A DNA stretch of 64,000 nucleotides from Torpedo marmorata. Lineage: Eukaryota. The stretch's first letter is position 1; each line of letters opens with the position of its first letter. Shown here one piece after another: positions 63,391 to 64,000 of this stretch. The position numbers and the translations under genes were made by a program. The notes below the pieces were generated by a model. That model was not told the origin of the DNA. It did no database searches and saw only the letters and a program-made list of their open reading frames with translations. Location of the stretch: assembly GCA_977017645.1 (NCBI GenBank), contig OZ360219.1, forward strand, positions 104,036,001-104,100,000, read 5' to 3'.

Positions 63391-63716
63391 AAAAAACACA
63401 AATGCTGGAGAAACTCAGCAGGTCAAACAGTGTCTTTTATGTAGCAAAGGTAGAAATACATAACCGACGTTTCGGGCTTGAGATTTTCATGAACTGAGTT
63501 TCTCCAGCATTTGTGTTTTTTACATCAACTACGGTGTCTACAGATTTTCATGGCTGAGTTTCTCCAGCATTTGTGTTTTTTACTTCCATCACGGTGTCTA
63601 CAGATTTTCGTGATGTATTTCTACCTTTGCTACATAAAAGACACTGACCTGCTGAGTTTCTCCAGCATTTGTGCTTTTTACTTCAACCACGGTGTCTACA
63701 GATTTTCGTGATTTAC
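63391..63716. mobile_element. PLE-derived mosaic of inverted and tandem pLTR pieces
   Basis: Exact 14-bp TSD TTGTATTTGCATCT at 63377-63390 and 63717-63730; a ~60-bp unit occurs three times. Confidence 0.8.
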
Positions 63717-64000
63717 TTGTATTTGCATCTGGCCTCTCCTGATCCAGCACCACAAGGCACTTTACAAAACCAACCTATTTTTGTGGTGTGGTTACAGCTG
63801 TGATGAAGGGAAAATTGCCACCAATTTGTGCAGAACGAGGTCTTTTAAAAAGCAATGCAATAAAGATTGTAATGACTACGGTATGTTTAAAAGGCATTGA
63901 GGCAAAAGCACAGATGGATCTGGACTTAGTACAGGTGGATGGGATTAGTATCGATGGGGTAGAAGGTTCAACTGGACATAATGGGCAAAAAGACCTGTTT

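Noticed and set aside
63490-63712. CRISPR-like repeat array
   Set aside because: The units are contiguous pLTR fragments with no unique spacers, there are no cas genes, and the context is eukaryotic.

Overview
This is eukaryotic, repeat-dense non-coding DNA. The mix of HE1/V-SINE-type tRNA SINEs, CR1, Rex1/Babar, L1 and Penelope-like elements suggests a cartilaginous fish, probably a ray or skate (inference). No host protein-coding exon can be supported. Every long ORF I can assign belongs to a transposable element. Contents: (1) a BEL/Pao LTR element with decayed gag and protease and no RT/RNase H/integrase, inserted into a Rex1 copy; (2) eight pieces of one young Rex1/Babar LINE family with an (ATTCTG)n tail, plus older Rex1-like families; (3) four L1-clade 3' fragments with clean 15-16 bp TSDs, one with a twin-priming inversion; (4) a truncated Ty3/Gypsy pol plus LTR, with an inverted partial LTR about 5.5 kb upstream; (5) a solo LTR; (6) Harbinger-, Tigger- and hAT-type MITEs; (7) CR1 remnants; (8) many Penelope-derived insertions. 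Three observations stand out. Penelope-derived fold-back mini-elements, most with ~14 bp TSDs, carry minimal hammerhead-like motifs. The non-autonomous BEL element carries an unexplained coiled-coil region in place of pol. The 5' junctions of the young Rex1 family repeatedly show template-switch scars. Family names come from motif recognition only; no searches were run.
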